This document shows, piece after piece, positions 27,106-36,810 of a stretch of 54,799 bases of DNA (position 1 is the first letter of the stretch; every line of letters begins with the position of its first letter). The translations under genes were made by a program, and so were the position numbers. This DNA comes from a virus (taxonomy: Duplodnaviria; Caudoviricetes), in the IMG/VR virus record IMGVR_UViG_3300043399_000215, positions 1-54,799 of that record; one strand, 5' to 3'. The notes under the pieces are model-generated. The model made no database searches, had not been told where the DNA came from, and was given only the letters and a program-made list of their open reading frames with translations.

Positions 27106-28059
27106 TTGAAATACGATAAAGATTTGATTGCAGAGATTGCAAACCTAAAGATGAAAGGGTATAAATCCCGAGCTATTGCTGCTGAACTTGGTATCAGTAA
27201 GTCAGGTGTAAACGATGCTTACAACCGATGGGTTGAAGAAGGTAAGCCTGTTCTGTACAACCCAGAAGACGTAGCTTTTAAGCAAACAAAACCTAAGATT
27301 CTTTTCATTGACGTAGAATCAGCAGCAGATATTGCAGCATCATTTGGTCGTTTCAAAGTAAACCTTAGTCAAGATAACATCATTCGTGAAGGTGGTTGGC
27401 TACTTTCAGTAGCTTGGCGATGGAATGATGAAGAGCAAGTAAATGCTTTGACTCTTACCCCTCAAGAGTCCGTTCTGATGCAAGATAGCAGGTTGCTGGC
27501 TACTATTTTTGATTTGATGGAGCAAGCTGACTTTGTTGTAGCTCATAACGCTGATCGCTTTGATATTCCTTTGATTAAAGCTCGTATGGCAATCAACGGT
27601 TTCTCTGCTCCTCGTAAAGTACGAGTAATTGATACCCTCAAGATTGCAAAGCAGATGAAGTTCAACAGCAATAAACTTGATTCCTTGGGTGTAGCACTAG
27701 GTGTAGGTCGTAAACTGACTCACAGTGGTATTCGCTTGTGGATTGATTGTCAATCAGGTGTTCAACAGGCATTGGACTCTATGCGAGATTACAACGTACA
27801 AGACGTAGAATTGCTTTACAAAGTGTATCACCAGATCAAGCACTTTGACAACAAAGCACCTAACATGGCAGCTTACTACCAAGATGACAAAGAACGTTGC
27901 CCTGTGTGTGGTTCTGAGCATGTAGAACTTACGGGTAATACAATCCTTACCAACTTGTCAAAGTTTGAAGAAGTGCATTGCACAAGCTGTGGTGCTCGTA
28001 GTCGTAAACGCACAAACTTGCTTGAAAAAGACAAACGAAAGTCTTTATTGTCTAACTAA
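27106..28059 (+). CDS. DEDD/RNase H-like exonuclease with N-terminal HTH and C-terminal Zn ribbon
   Basis: RAIAAELGISKSGV; LFIDVES, AHNADRFD, IDTL, YNVQDV; CPVC...CTSC. Confidence 0.85.
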   Translation: MKYDKDLIAEIANLKMKGYKSRAIAAELGISKSGVNDAYNRWVEEGKPVLYNPEDVAFKQTKPKILFIDVESAADIAASFGRFKVNLSQDNIIREGGWLLSVAWRWNDEEQVNALTLTPQESVLMQDSRLLATIFDLMEQADFVVAHNADRFDIPLIKARMAINGFSAPRKVRVIDTLKIAKQMKFNSNKLDSLGVALGVGRKLTHSGIRLWIDCQSGVQQALDSMRDYNVQDVELLYKVYHQIKHFDNKAPNMAAYYQDDKERCPVCGSEHVELTGNTILTNLSKFEEVHCTSCGARSRKRTNLLEKDKRKSLLSN

Positions 28060-28147
28060 ACTGTGCTATAATACCTACTCAGAACAATTAACCTAAGTAC
28101 CCCGGACGAAAGTTCGGGGATTCTTTGTCTTAGAAAGGACGTAACTA

Positions 28148-28663
28148 ATGCATCAACAAAAACCTAACTTTCATGAGTTTACGGTAGAAAACTTCATGGA
28201 TAGTTGTGAAGTATTTAATTACATTGCAGGAAAGCACAATCAAGTTTCATTGAATGACATTGCAAGGCAACAGCAACTGATTGAAGAAGAGGTAATTGAA
28301 GGCTCTGATGCTGTAGTGGATAACGATGTAGTTGAAGTTCTGGATGCTTGTATGGATGTACTGGTTACAACCTTGGGGTTGCTTCAGAAGCTGGAATACC
28401 TTGGTGTGGATGTAAGCAAAGCAATGCAAAAGACAGCAGACAATAACCTAAGCAAGTATTGCAAAACAGAACAAGAAGCCTTTGACACTTCAGATATGTA
28501 CTTGGCTAAAGGTATTTCTACAAATATCAAGTACAATTCAGAATTTGATGTATTCGTAATCAAGAATTCAGACACAGGTAAGATTCTAAAGCCTATTAAC
28601 TTCGTACCTAATGACCTCAGTGATTGCGTACCGCAAGAACTTATCTTGAAAGGTTTTGAATGA
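28148..28663 (+). CDS. MazG/PRA-PH-like NTP pyrophosphohydrolase
   Basis: LIEEEVIE...EVLDACMDVLV...NNLSK...GKILKP. Confidence 0.8.
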   Translation: MHQQKPNFHEFTVENFMDSCEVFNYIAGKHNQVSLNDIARQQQLIEEEVIEGSDAVVDNDVVEVLDACMDVLVTTLGLLQKLEYLGVDVSKAMQKTADNNLSKYCKTEQEAFDTSDMYLAKGISTNIKYNSEFDVFVIKNSDTGKILKPINFVPNDLSDCVPQELILKGFE

Positions 28664-29214
28664 ATACAGAAATGACTGATATGACATGGACTCAAGATGA
28701 TAAGCAATATGAGTTTGTTACAGTTCCTGACTTGTCAAGTCCTTTGCAATGCTCTCAAGGGTGTGCATTTAATACGGACACTGCTAAGTGTCCATCTGAT
28801 ATTTACGGATATACTTATTGTGATAACGACATAAACAAAATCTGGAAGGAGATTAAAATTCTAAAGTCCCCGACTCAAGAAGTTAAAGAATTTGAAGTGC
28901 AGCAGCAAGAGGTGAAAGGAACCAAATACGATAGCGGTAAAACTCAATGGTGGTATCTGCCTATTGAACCTATCAAAGAAGTTCTAGCAGTTCTTGAATA
29001 TGGTGATAAGAAATACCCAGATGCTAACGGTACTAATTGGAAGCATGTACCTAATGCTAAGAAGCGTTACTATTCAGCAGCTATGCGGCATCTGACAGCT
29101 TGGTTCGAAGGTGAAAAGAATGACCCTGAAACCAATCGCAGTCACCTTGCTCATGCTTGTACTAATGTATTGTTTTTGTTGTGGTTTGAAATTAAGGGGA
29201 AATTCAATGAGTAA
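28660..29214 (+). CDS. dATP/dGTP diphosphohydrolase domain protein (DUF5664)
   Basis: GTKYDSGK...VLEYGDKKY...NWK...AAMRHL.AW..GE..DPET..SHLAHA. Confidence 0.85.
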   Translation: MNTEMTDMTWTQDDKQYEFVTVPDLSSPLQCSQGCAFNTDTAKCPSDIYGYTYCDNDINKIWKEIKILKSPTQEVKEFEVQQQEVKGTKYDSGKTQWWYLPIEPIKEVLAVLEYGDKKYPDANGTNWKHVPNAKKRYYSAAMRHLTAWFEGEKNDPETNRSHLAHACTNVLFLLWFEIKGKFNE

Positions 29215-29340
29215 TTTTGAAATCTTTTATTACGCTATCGGTGTATTGCTTGGCGCAGGTGTTATAATCCTAGCAGGATTGGTTGTTAAGAAACAACTTA
29301 AAGAACGAAACCCTTACTTTGATTGAAAGGTTAATACACG

Positions 29341-29796
29341 ATGCAAACAGAAGTTAAGCAAACAGAAAATAAACAAAAGACTCTAAGAAAAGTACACCAG
29401 AAGGGATTCAGTTTGATTTCAGCCAAGATTCATGTAAGTGAAAGTGAAATTGCAATGCAATATCCTGACTATGTATCTGACTGGATTGAAACAAAGCCTT
29501 TTAAGTTTCAAGAGATTCTATGGGATTTTGGATTGGATTCAACTCAGGAGTACGTATTGCAAGAGGTTACATCTCATCGTAATCGCTTGGGTGAGCAAGT
29601 AACTTGTGGTAGATACTACGGTAATGAACGATTGGATGACGATTGGATTAAATCAGGTTATGCAAGCCAATCAGCTAAGGACAAAGCATTGAATAATAAG
29701 TTGTTGGATGAAAGCTATCGAGCTAGGTATGAAACAGAAGACACTCAAGATTACCTAGAGCGCCGAGATATGTATGATAAGAGTAATAAGGATTAA
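29341..29796 (+). CDS. hypothetical protein
   Basis: AAAGG RBS, 151 aa. Confidence 0.65.
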   Translation: MQTEVKQTENKQKTLRKVHQKGFSLISAKIHVSESEIAMQYPDYVSDWIETKPFKFQEILWDFGLDSTQEYVLQEVTSHRNRLGEQVTCGRYYGNERLDDDWIKSGYASQSAKDKALNNKLLDESYRARYETEDTQDYLERRDMYDKSNKD

Positions 29797-29800
29797 GAAT

Positions 29801-31839
29801 ATGCAAGATTACAAAATTGAAATTGATTACTCCAAAGACAGTCTTTATGACGAACTAGGTCTTATTAGACTTCGGGAATCCTATATGCGAGAGGAAGAAA
29901 AATCACCACAAGACCGTCTTGCTTACGTATCAAAAGCCTTTGCTTCAAATCAAGAACACGCTCAACGGTTGTATGACTATGCAAGTAATCATTGGTTGTC
30001 ATATTCAACACCGATACTTGCTTTCGGACGAAATAAGCGAGGTATGCCTATTAGTTGTTTCTTGAACCACCTTGAGGATACATCCGAGGGGTTGGTTGAT
30101 AACCTATCAGAAACAAACTGGCTGAGTATGATGGGAGGCGGTGTAGGGGTGCATGTTCGCATACGAGGCACAGATGAGAAATCAGTTGGTGTAATGCCGC
30201 ATCTAAAGGTGTATGACTCTAGCTCATTGGCCTACAAGCAAGGTAGTACCCGCAGAGGATCGTATGCTGCCTATCTAGATATTGACCATCCTGATATTAT
30301 TCAATTCCTTGAAATGCGAAAGCCAACAGGCGATCAGAACATGAAGGCTTTGAATCTCAATCACGGCATTAACATCACAGATAAGTTCATGCAGCTGGTT
30401 GAAAAATGCATGATTGACTCAACAGCAGACGATTCTTGGGATTTGATTCAACCGCACACTGGTAAAGTAGTTGAGACTGTTTCAGCTAAATACCTTTGGA
30501 TGAAGATTATTGAATTGCGGATGCAGACTGGTGAACCTTACTTGTGGTTTATTGACCGAGCAAACGAAGGATTACCTGAGTATCAAAAGAAACTTGGATT
30601 GAGGAATTACGGTAGTAACCTGTGTTAATTTCATGGCACAGTATAAACCATGTGAATTCGGTGGATAGCTAGAACAGCCAATACCGAGCCAAGCCTAGAA
30701 ATAGGAAGGTGTAGAGACTAGGTGCGATGAGTGTAGCACCGTAGGGTCAAGTGACCCGAAGCGCATGGCTTCAGAAATGAAGATGATATAGTCCGATCTT
30801 GGTAGGGATACCAAGCAGCTTGAATAAAGCGGAGTAGATTTAACGAGTCTATTTGAACAATATGAGTGAAATCAGTCTAGCAACAAGTCCTGAACGTACA
30901 GCTGTTTGTTGCTTGTCTTCTGTTAATTTGGAATACTTTAGCGATTGGAAAGACAATGAACTATTCCTGAGAGATATTCTTGAGATGTTGGATAATGTAC
31001 TTGAATACTTTATTAAACATGCTCCTGATACAATCAGCAGGGCGAGATTCAGTGCTTATCGTGAACGATCTGTTGGTGTAGGTGCTTTGGGTTATCATGC
31101 CTATCTGCAACAGAATGGTATTCCATTTGAGGGTGCGTTAGCTAAGTCTCAGAACTTGCGCATCTTTAAGCACATTCGTTCTAAACTGGATGAAGCAAAT
31201 CAGCAGCTTGCTATTGAACGAGGAACTTGTCCTGATGCAGCAGAGTTTGGTATCATGCAGCGTTGTAGTCATGTTATGGCTGTTGCACCCAATGCAAGTA
31301 GTTCTATTATCATGGGTAACACAAGTCCAAGTATTGAACCATTTGCTGCCAATGCCTATCGTCAGGATACAACCTCTGGTGCTCACCTGAATAAGAATAA
31401 GTACCTTGACAAACTGATTAAGGAAAATGCTGTAGGTAAAGAAGCATCGTGGTATGATGATACATGGGCAAGCATTATTGCAAATGACGGTAGTGTTCAG
31501 CATCTTGATTGGATGACAGAGTGGGATAAGGATGTGTTTAAGACTGCACCGGAGATTGACCAACGTTGGATTATTGAGCAATCAGCAGATCGTCAGCAGT
31601 TCGTAGATCAGGCAATCAGTACCAACTTGTTTTTCCGTCCAGATGTAAACATCAAGTACCTTCATGCTGTGCATTTCCAAGCATGGAAACAAGGTTTGAA
31701 AAGTCTTTACTATGTGCGCAGTGCTAAACTACGCAAGGCTGACAAAGTTGGTCAAAGTATTGAGCGCAAGCGTATTGAGGATGATATAGATGTTCAGGCT
31801 CTTGTAAACAATACAGAATGCTTGGCTTGCGAAGGTTGA
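29801..31839 (+). CDS. nrdA: class I ribonucleotide reductase alpha subunit; exons 29801-30625 and 30865-31839 (599 aa spliced)
   Basis: STP, ISCF, GGGVG, RRGS, spliced NLC|SEI active site, APNASS, SLYY, C-terminal CLACEG. Confidence 0.95.
30626..30864 (+). mobile_element. group I intron (IA2-like, 239 nt, no ORF)
   Basis: P1 CTGTGT/GCACAG with U-G at the 5' splice site; P10 ATTTCAT/GTGAAAT; P3 CCATGTG/CGCATGG; P7 GACTA/TAGTC; P7.1, P7.2; terminal G at 30864. Confidence 0.93.
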
Positions 31840-31888
31840 GTGAGGTGAAGGTTGTGCTACAATACGACCTTCTACATAAAGGAGTTAC

Positions 31889-32860
31889 ATGAAACACAAA
31901 CTAAAACTAACAGATAAACGAAACTCTTTCAAACCATTCTCATACCCTTGGGCGTTTGATGCTTTCCTTGCATCTGAAAAGATGCACTGGATTCACACAG
32001 AAGTTCCAATGGTAGAGGATGTGAACGATTGGAAAAATAAACTAACAACTTCTGAAAAAGAATTTCTGACACATATCTTTCGGTTCTTCACACAAGGGGA
32101 TATTGATGTAGCAGGCGCTTATGTCAACAACTACCTTCCCGTGTTCCCTGCCCCTGAAGTGCGAATGATGCTAAGTAGCTTTGCAGCACGAGAGGCAATT
32201 CACATTGCTGCTTATTCTCACTTGATTGAAACCCTTGGTATGCCAGAGACTACTTATAATGAGTTTCTTGAGTACGAAGAAATGAAGGCAAAGCATGATT
32301 ATGTTGAGTCCTTTGTTTCAAACGATCAAAGTAGTGTAGCGCAGCAGATTGCAGTATTCAGTGCATTCACAGAAGGGATGCAGCTATTCTCAAGTTTTGT
32401 AATGCTACTGAACTTTGCTCGGTTCGGTAAGATGAAAGGCATGGGTCAGATACTTTCCTGGTCTCAAACAGACGAGTCATTACATTGTGAAAGCATGATT
32501 AAATTGTTCCGTGAGTTTGTAAAAGAAAATAAACACATCTGGAATGACGAACTAAAATCGCAGTTGTACTCTGTCGCTGAAAAAATGGTTGAACTAGAAG
32601 ATAAGTTTATTGACTTAGCCTTTGGTGTTAACGAAATGCAAGGATTGACCAAGGAAGAAGTGAAACAGTATATTCGTTATATTGCTGACCGCAGATTGAT
32701 CGCTCTAGGTCTGAAAGGTATCTTCAAGGTCAAGAAGAATCCTCTTACATGGGTTGATGGGATGCTTGGCACAACTCATAGCAATTTCTTTGAACAACGA
32801 GTAACTGATTACGCCAAGGGTGCTTTGACAGGCTCTTGGGAAGATGTATGGGCAACATAA
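31889..32860 (+). CDS. nrdB: ribonucleotide reductase beta subunit
   Basis: FFTQGD, REAIHIAAY, EGMQLFSSF, DESLH, NFFE; promoter 31853-31863. Confidence 0.96.
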   Translation: MKHKLKLTDKRNSFKPFSYPWAFDAFLASEKMHWIHTEVPMVEDVNDWKNKLTTSEKEFLTHIFRFFTQGDIDVAGAYVNNYLPVFPAPEVRMMLSSFAAREAIHIAAYSHLIETLGMPETTYNEFLEYEEMKAKHDYVESFVSNDQSSVAQQIAVFSAFTEGMQLFSSFVMLLNFARFGKMKGMGQILSWSQTDESLHCESMIKLFREFVKENKHIWNDELKSQLYSVAEKMVELEDKFIDLAFGVNEMQGLTKEEVKQYIRYIADRRLIALGLKGIFKVKKNPLTWVDGMLGTTHSNFFEQRVTDYAKGALTGSWEDVWAT

Positions 32861-32869
32861 AGGAACCAA

Positions 32870-33130
32870 ATGAAACAGCTATTTATATTCTCAGCAAACG
32901 AATGGTGCAGCGCATGTCAATCATTCAAACCTGTTATTCAACAAACTAACGTACCAGTAGACCAACTTCGTTGCTTTGATGTAGATGAATCCCCTAATCT
33001 AGCAAGGGATTACAACGTCAGAGGTGTACCTACAAGTATTCTTATCGTAGATGGTAAGGAAGTTAATCGTAAAACAGGGATGATGACTTCTAAGCAGTTG
33101 ATTGAATTCTGCGAAAGTCAAGAGAAGTAA
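32870..33130 (+). CDS. thioredoxin
   Basis: WCSAC, DVDE, VRGVPT. Confidence 0.9.
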   Translation: MKQLFIFSANEWCSACQSFKPVIQQTNVPVDQLRCFDVDESPNLARDYNVRGVPTSILIVDGKEVNRKTGMMTSKQLIEFCESQEK

Positions 33131-33146
33131 CTTACAAAAGAATAAA

Positions 33147-33177
33147 ACCCCCGAGGCTTACGCTCCGGGGGTCTTTT
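33147..33177 (+). terminator. intrinsic terminator
   Basis: ACCCCCG...CGGGGGT followed by CTTTT. Confidence 0.7.
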
Positions 33178-33210
33178 ATAATAAAATATTATATACTGTA
33201 GAACAGGAGT

Positions 33211-33990
33211 ATGATGAATAATAAATGCGTGTACATTCATAAATTGGACGACACTGTTGTCTACGTTGGGAGCGGAAATTTAAGCAGGGTCAGGGCTAAA
33301 TATCGGAGGTCGGCTGGACATTTAAAAGTTTTTGACTTACTAAAATTTGAAATAATCTTCAGCAACCTATCGACAAGGGAGGCACTTAGAATAGAAGCTG
33401 ACACTATTAACAAATATTGGGAGTCTGGTAAACTATTTAACAAATTAAAGAATCCTAGGCCGGTAAAACCTATAGATTTCTCTGAAATTTCAAAGTATGT
33501 AAAATATGATGAGACATCTTCAACATTTCTTAGATGGGTAGTTCATAGAAGGTCAGGTGCAAAAGTTGGAGATGAGTGCGGGTCACTTAGCAAAGATGGC
33601 TATTACGTAGTAAGAATAAACGGGAGCCTTTACAAGGGGCATAGAATAGCTTGGTGTTTGTTTCATAAAACAAACGTCAGTACAGAGCTAGTAATAGATC
33701 ACATTGATAGAGATAAGTCAAATAATAAGATAAGCAACTTGAGATTGGTGACTTCGAGCGTGAATGCTAAAAACACTCTAAAAACTCTCCCAACTTCTGG
33801 ACAGCAGAACATAACACACAGAATAAAAAGATCCTCTTATGAGGTTAGGTGGACTGATTGCGGGGTATCTAAATCGACATGGTTTAGTTACTCTAACAAA
33901 AGAGGTGTCAGGACTAGAAATGAAGCATTTGTTTGTGCGTTACTTTTAAGAGACAGACTCGTTGAATTGGGGCTTATAGTTCTAAATTGA
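33211..33990 (+). CDS. free-standing homing endonuclease, GIY-YIG-like plus HNH (paralog of 7677-8489)
   Basis: VYIH...VYVGSG; HRIAW...VIDHIDRDKSNNKISNLRLVTSSVN. Confidence 0.85.
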   Translation: MMNNKCVYIHKLDDTVVYVGSGNLSRVRAKYRRSAGHLKVFDLLKFEIIFSNLSTREALRIEADTINKYWESGKLFNKLKNPRPVKPIDFSEISKYVKYDETSSTFLRWVVHRRSGAKVGDECGSLSKDGYYVVRINGSLYKGHRIAWCLFHKTNVSTELVIDHIDRDKSNNKISNLRLVTSSVNAKNTLKTLPTSGQQNITHRIKRSSYEVRWTDCGVSKSTWFSYSNKRGVRTRNEAFVCALLLRDRLVELGLIVLN

Positions 33991-33992
33991 AT

Positions 33993-34022
33993 AAACCCCA
34001 GCAATCATGCTGGGGTTTTCTT
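33993..34022. terminator. bidirectional terminator between convergent blocks
   Basis: AAACCCCAGCA-atca-TGCTGGGGTTTT. Confidence 0.8.
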
Positions 34023-34537
34023 CATGGATTCAATATGGCAATTGTTTCGGCGTACCTCCTTCTGGTCAGCCCAGGCATCACTCGACCATTTGCTTTGTCC
34101 CATTTTTTACATTGCGACGCAGCTTCAATCCAATCTCTTTCGTCCACCTTACGCCTAAAAGTACTCACCCTGTAATTACCAATACCTAAATTGTAGCACC
34201 AAGATAGTATTGCTGCAACCCTCCTAGGGGGTTCCAATAATAGTTTTGGACTTAGGGAGAGAAGCTGTAATAGAAATCCATTTAAGACGGTTTCTTTTGT
34301 TTTAAGAACTTTCTCAATTGACCACACATCTCCTTGTTTTACTTCCACACCACTCTCATCGAAAGTTAGCCCATACCCAATTGTCCAAGGCTTTCCCTTT
34401 TTTATAGGATCGTTTTTGGTTGCGGGGTCAGGATAAGCAATAAAGAATTGTTTATCTTTAGTCATAGGCCCTGTTCCCTCGAAAGGGACTAGGAATTCAT
34501 TGACGCAGATTTCTTTGATTTCGTCAGCTAAGGGCAT
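34022..34537 (-). CDS. endolysin, GH24 lysozyme
   Basis: FEG...AYPDP...WTIGYG, YNLG, W.KANG..MPGLTRRR; start at MPLADE. Confidence 0.9.
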   Translation of the reverse strand: MPLADEIKEICVNEFLVPFEGTGPMTKDKQFFIAYPDPATKNDPIKKGKPWTIGYGLTFDESGVEVKQGDVWSIEKVLKTKETVLNGFLLQLLSLSPKLLLEPPRRVAAILSWCYNLGIGNYRVSTFRRKVDERDWIEAASQCKKWDKANGRVMPGLTRRRYAETIAILNP

Positions 34538-34538
34538 A

Positions 34539-35027
34539 TCAAACCTTATGTTGATATTTTTCCAACGACCTTCCAACAAACCAGAAACTGAGAATCATGT
34601 TAAGCATACCCCAGTCCTCCGGCCCCCACATGGTAGTTACTACTTGATTCCAAGGTACATCACCAGAAGTTCCGTTGTAAACCATTGTCAGTTTGAAAAG
34701 CACATACAGGCCAAACAATGCAAACGTAATCCCCGGACGAACCAAAGAACTAATAGATGCAACCCATGTGTAAGCCTTGGAATCTGATTCAGCTTGTTGT
34801 TTATAGGCTTCTGATATAGCATTTAGCTGTGCAGTTCCATAATCAACATACTTCTCTTCAACCTTGAAAGAACCTTTAACTTTCTCTAAGCTAATCTGTT
34901 CTTGAAACATAGCAAGCTCATGCTTTCTTTCGCTATGCCTATCCCAGAATTTAAGAACTTCAGGTGCTAGTCTAAACAGACCACCCATAAGACCACCAAA
35001 TAAACCACTGCCTACAAATTCAAGCAT
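34539..35027 (-). CDS. putative holin (GTA 3TM holin-like)
   Basis: HEL.M, WV.S..SLVRP.IT, ILSFWFVGRS; adjacent to the endolysin. Confidence 0.7.
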   Translation of the reverse strand: MLEFVGSGLFGGLMGGLFRLAPEVLKFWDRHSERKHELAMFQEQISLEKVKGSFKVEEKYVDYGTAQLNAISEAYKQQAESDSKAYTWVASISSLVRPGITFALFGLYVLFKLTMVYNGTSGDVPWNQVVTTMWGPEDWGMLNMILSFWFVGRSLEKYQHKV

Positions 35028-35029
35028 GA

Positions 35030-35377
35030 TTACTCCTTATCTTTAATAACATCTTGCAATCTATTAACTTCTTTAGTCAACAGACTGACTTCATTGTGCA
35101 GCTTCTGATTCTCCATACTTAGTGTATTGAGTTGTTTATTCAGAGCTATAATCTCCATCTGAAACTTAGCAAGTTCTTCACCTAGAACCTTGTTGGTTGT
35201 AGCAAGTCGTTTAAGTTCATCATTCATGATGGTCATTACGTTAGATTCAGTTGCTGTCTCTTTCATCCCTTTCAGGACTTTCTGTAGCATAAATACCGCA
35301 GCTACAATAGCAGCAGCAATCATTGTGGTAGCTTGTGCTATGCTACCTGCTGTTACTTCTTGTAAATCTAATATCAT
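35030..35377 (-). CDS. TM plus coiled-coil lysis-module protein
   Basis: N-terminal hydrophobic helix followed by heptads. Confidence 0.55.
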   Translation of the reverse strand: MILDLQEVTAGSIAQATTMIAAAIVAAVFMLQKVLKGMKETATESNVMTIMNDELKRLATTNKVLGEELAKFQMEIIALNKQLNTLSMENQKLHNEVSLLTKEVNRLQDVIKDKE

Positions 35378-35820
35378 AAAACTCTCCGTTTGTTATGCTG
35401 AAAGGAAAGCATTAACCATGCTTCAGCCATTACGGGGACAAGCAACATAGCTTCAGTAGGTGCTACAGGTGTCTTGTCAAATACAGCAAAACTTAAAAAT
35501 AAATACAACCAAGCCCATATACCCATGATAGAATTAAGGGTACTGATTCTATAACTGATGTCTGATACTACACTCACACCCTTGATAAAAGCATAGACAG
35601 CAAACAAAGCAAACCAGAAGTATCTGTGCGCGAATTGATATATCAGGTCATAGTTTGAGTTATTACCTTGACTAAATAAAAATCCAAGGCTTAGTAAAGT
35701 AGCTGTAACACAAAGCACTAATGTACTTTCTACTTTCTTCATTGAAAGCAAGTAAGCTAATTTAAAATCTCTTTTCAGTCTTGAATCATCAAAGGCTTTT
35801 ATTTCTTGAATTTCTGGCAT
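35374..35820 (-). CDS. multi-TM membrane protein
   Basis: about four hydrophobic segments. Confidence 0.65.
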   Translation of the reverse strand: MPEIQEIKAFDDSRLKRDFKLAYLLSMKKVESTLVLCVTATLLSLGFLFSQGNNSNYDLIYQFAHRYFWFALFAVYAFIKGVSVVSDISYRISTLNSIMGIWAWLYLFLSFAVFDKTPVAPTEAMLLVPVMAEAWLMLSFQHNKRRVL

Positions 35821-35823
35821 GGT

Positions 35824-35901
35824 TTATCCGATTGGTACACAACTTGTTAATATAAGTACGGTAACACCGTATGCTATGAAAAAGGCAATATAAGGATTCA
35901 T
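35824..35901 (-). CDS. 25-aa hydrophobic micropeptide with lipobox-like LTSC
   Basis: hand translation MNPYIAFFIAYGVTVLILTSCVPIG*; stop lies 3 nt before the next ATG. Confidence 0.4.
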   Translation of the reverse strand: MNPYIAFFIAYGVTVLILTSCVPIG

Positions 35902-35920
35902 AATCAACTTTCTTACTTAC

Positions 35921-35954
35921 AAAGAAAAACCCAAGCAGGGATTAGCTGCTCGGG
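35921..35954 (-). terminator. intrinsic terminator after the tail-fibre genes
   Basis: CCCGAGCAG...CTGCTTGGG followed by TTTTTCTTT on the minus strand. Confidence 0.7.
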
Positions 35955-36022
35955 TGATAGCCTGAGTATTTAGCTCGGGCTTATAGAACCTGAGTTAAGG
36001 CTCGGGTGATAGCCTGAGTATT
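35948..36022. repeat. three tandem hairpin repeats GCTCGGG-loop-CCTGAGT
   Basis: 35948-70 and 36000-22 identical; 35973-96 has a different loop. Confidence 0.85.
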
Positions 36023-36265
36023 TTATATTTCAGAAAATACTTTAGGTAGTTGCTTCTTTCTGACTTCAGCCATATAAGCTCTATAGCAATGATCTTGGTC
36101 AAAGAAGAATAGTACATCAATCAGAGGTTTAAACACCTTACCAAAGAACCTATCAAGTAACCATGCTCGGTAAGCCCTGCTGCTTAGGGTTTCATCTGGT
36201 GAACCTAGCAGGATTGCATTGGCTAGTTGGTCAAGAGCTATGAGGAGGTTTAAGAGGTAGGCCAT
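36023..36265 (-). CDS. conserved phage protein
   Basis: LIALDQLAN..L.G.PDETLSSRA...ID.LF....DHC family. Confidence 0.75.
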   Translation of the reverse strand: MAYLLNLLIALDQLANAILLGSPDETLSSRAYRAWLLDRFFGKVFKPLIDVLFFFDQDHCYRAYMAEVRKKQLPKVFSEI

Positions 36266-36798
36266 ACAAGCTCCGGTAGGTCAGGCTCAATGTCTTCAAA
36301 ACTCGTCGGTGCAACTCTTGTACCAAGTTGAACTTCTTCAAGGATTTGGTATAGAGTATTCCATGTTGCATCTCTTGCATTTACCCCATACTGACCTTCA
36401 GATTGAAACTTGGGTATTGTGCTCGTCGCGTAAGTACAAAGGCTCAGGATGCCATCGTAATTGCGGGTTCGTGCAAAGGTGTCAAGTCTCATCTGGGTTT
36501 TCATGACTATGCTGTTTTGTATAACTTTAAAAGTCTCAGAAAGTTCCTCTTGAGTCTTTTCTCTTATTGTCCATGCCACAAACCAACCGTCATTGATGAA
36601 CTCACAACCACTAATCTCAGCAGTGTGTGTAAATTCATTGATTGATGGGTCATTTTTAGTGACTGCATACACACCATAACTGTTTAACAGGTCGTTTGTC
36701 AGGGTATCTGGAAAGCTGGTGTCTGGGTTATCTGTTTTAAGATCGTTCGAGGTATAAGGGAACTTTACAACAACAGAGTTGTTTATCAAGGCATACAT
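36250..36798 (-). CDS. tail fibre assembly/chaperone-like protein, cassette 2
   Basis: SFP, Q.RLD.FA...YD, TW..L...L..V..G.R..P...IE..LP.L.W; paralog of 39087. Confidence 0.65.
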   Translation of the reverse strand: MYALINNSVVVKFPYTSNDLKTDNPDTSFPDTLTNDLLNSYGVYAVTKNDPSINEFTHTAEISGCEFINDGWFVAWTIREKTQEELSETFKVIQNSIVMKTQMRLDTFARTRNYDGILSLCTYATSTIPKFQSEGQYGVNARDATWNTLYQILEEVQLGTRVAPTSFEDIEPDLPELVWPTS

Positions 36799-36810
36799 TT
36801 GTTTCTCCAA

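Noticed and set aside
28148-29214. Z-genome or deazaguanine modification cluster
   Set aside because: No purZ, queC/D/E, folE or dpdA recognisable in the window
29774-31839. nrdA as pseudogene or two genes
   Set aside because: The gap has a full group I intron core and splices in frame
35948-36022. Mini CRISPR array
   Set aside because: Units are separated by 2-3 nt, so there are no spacers
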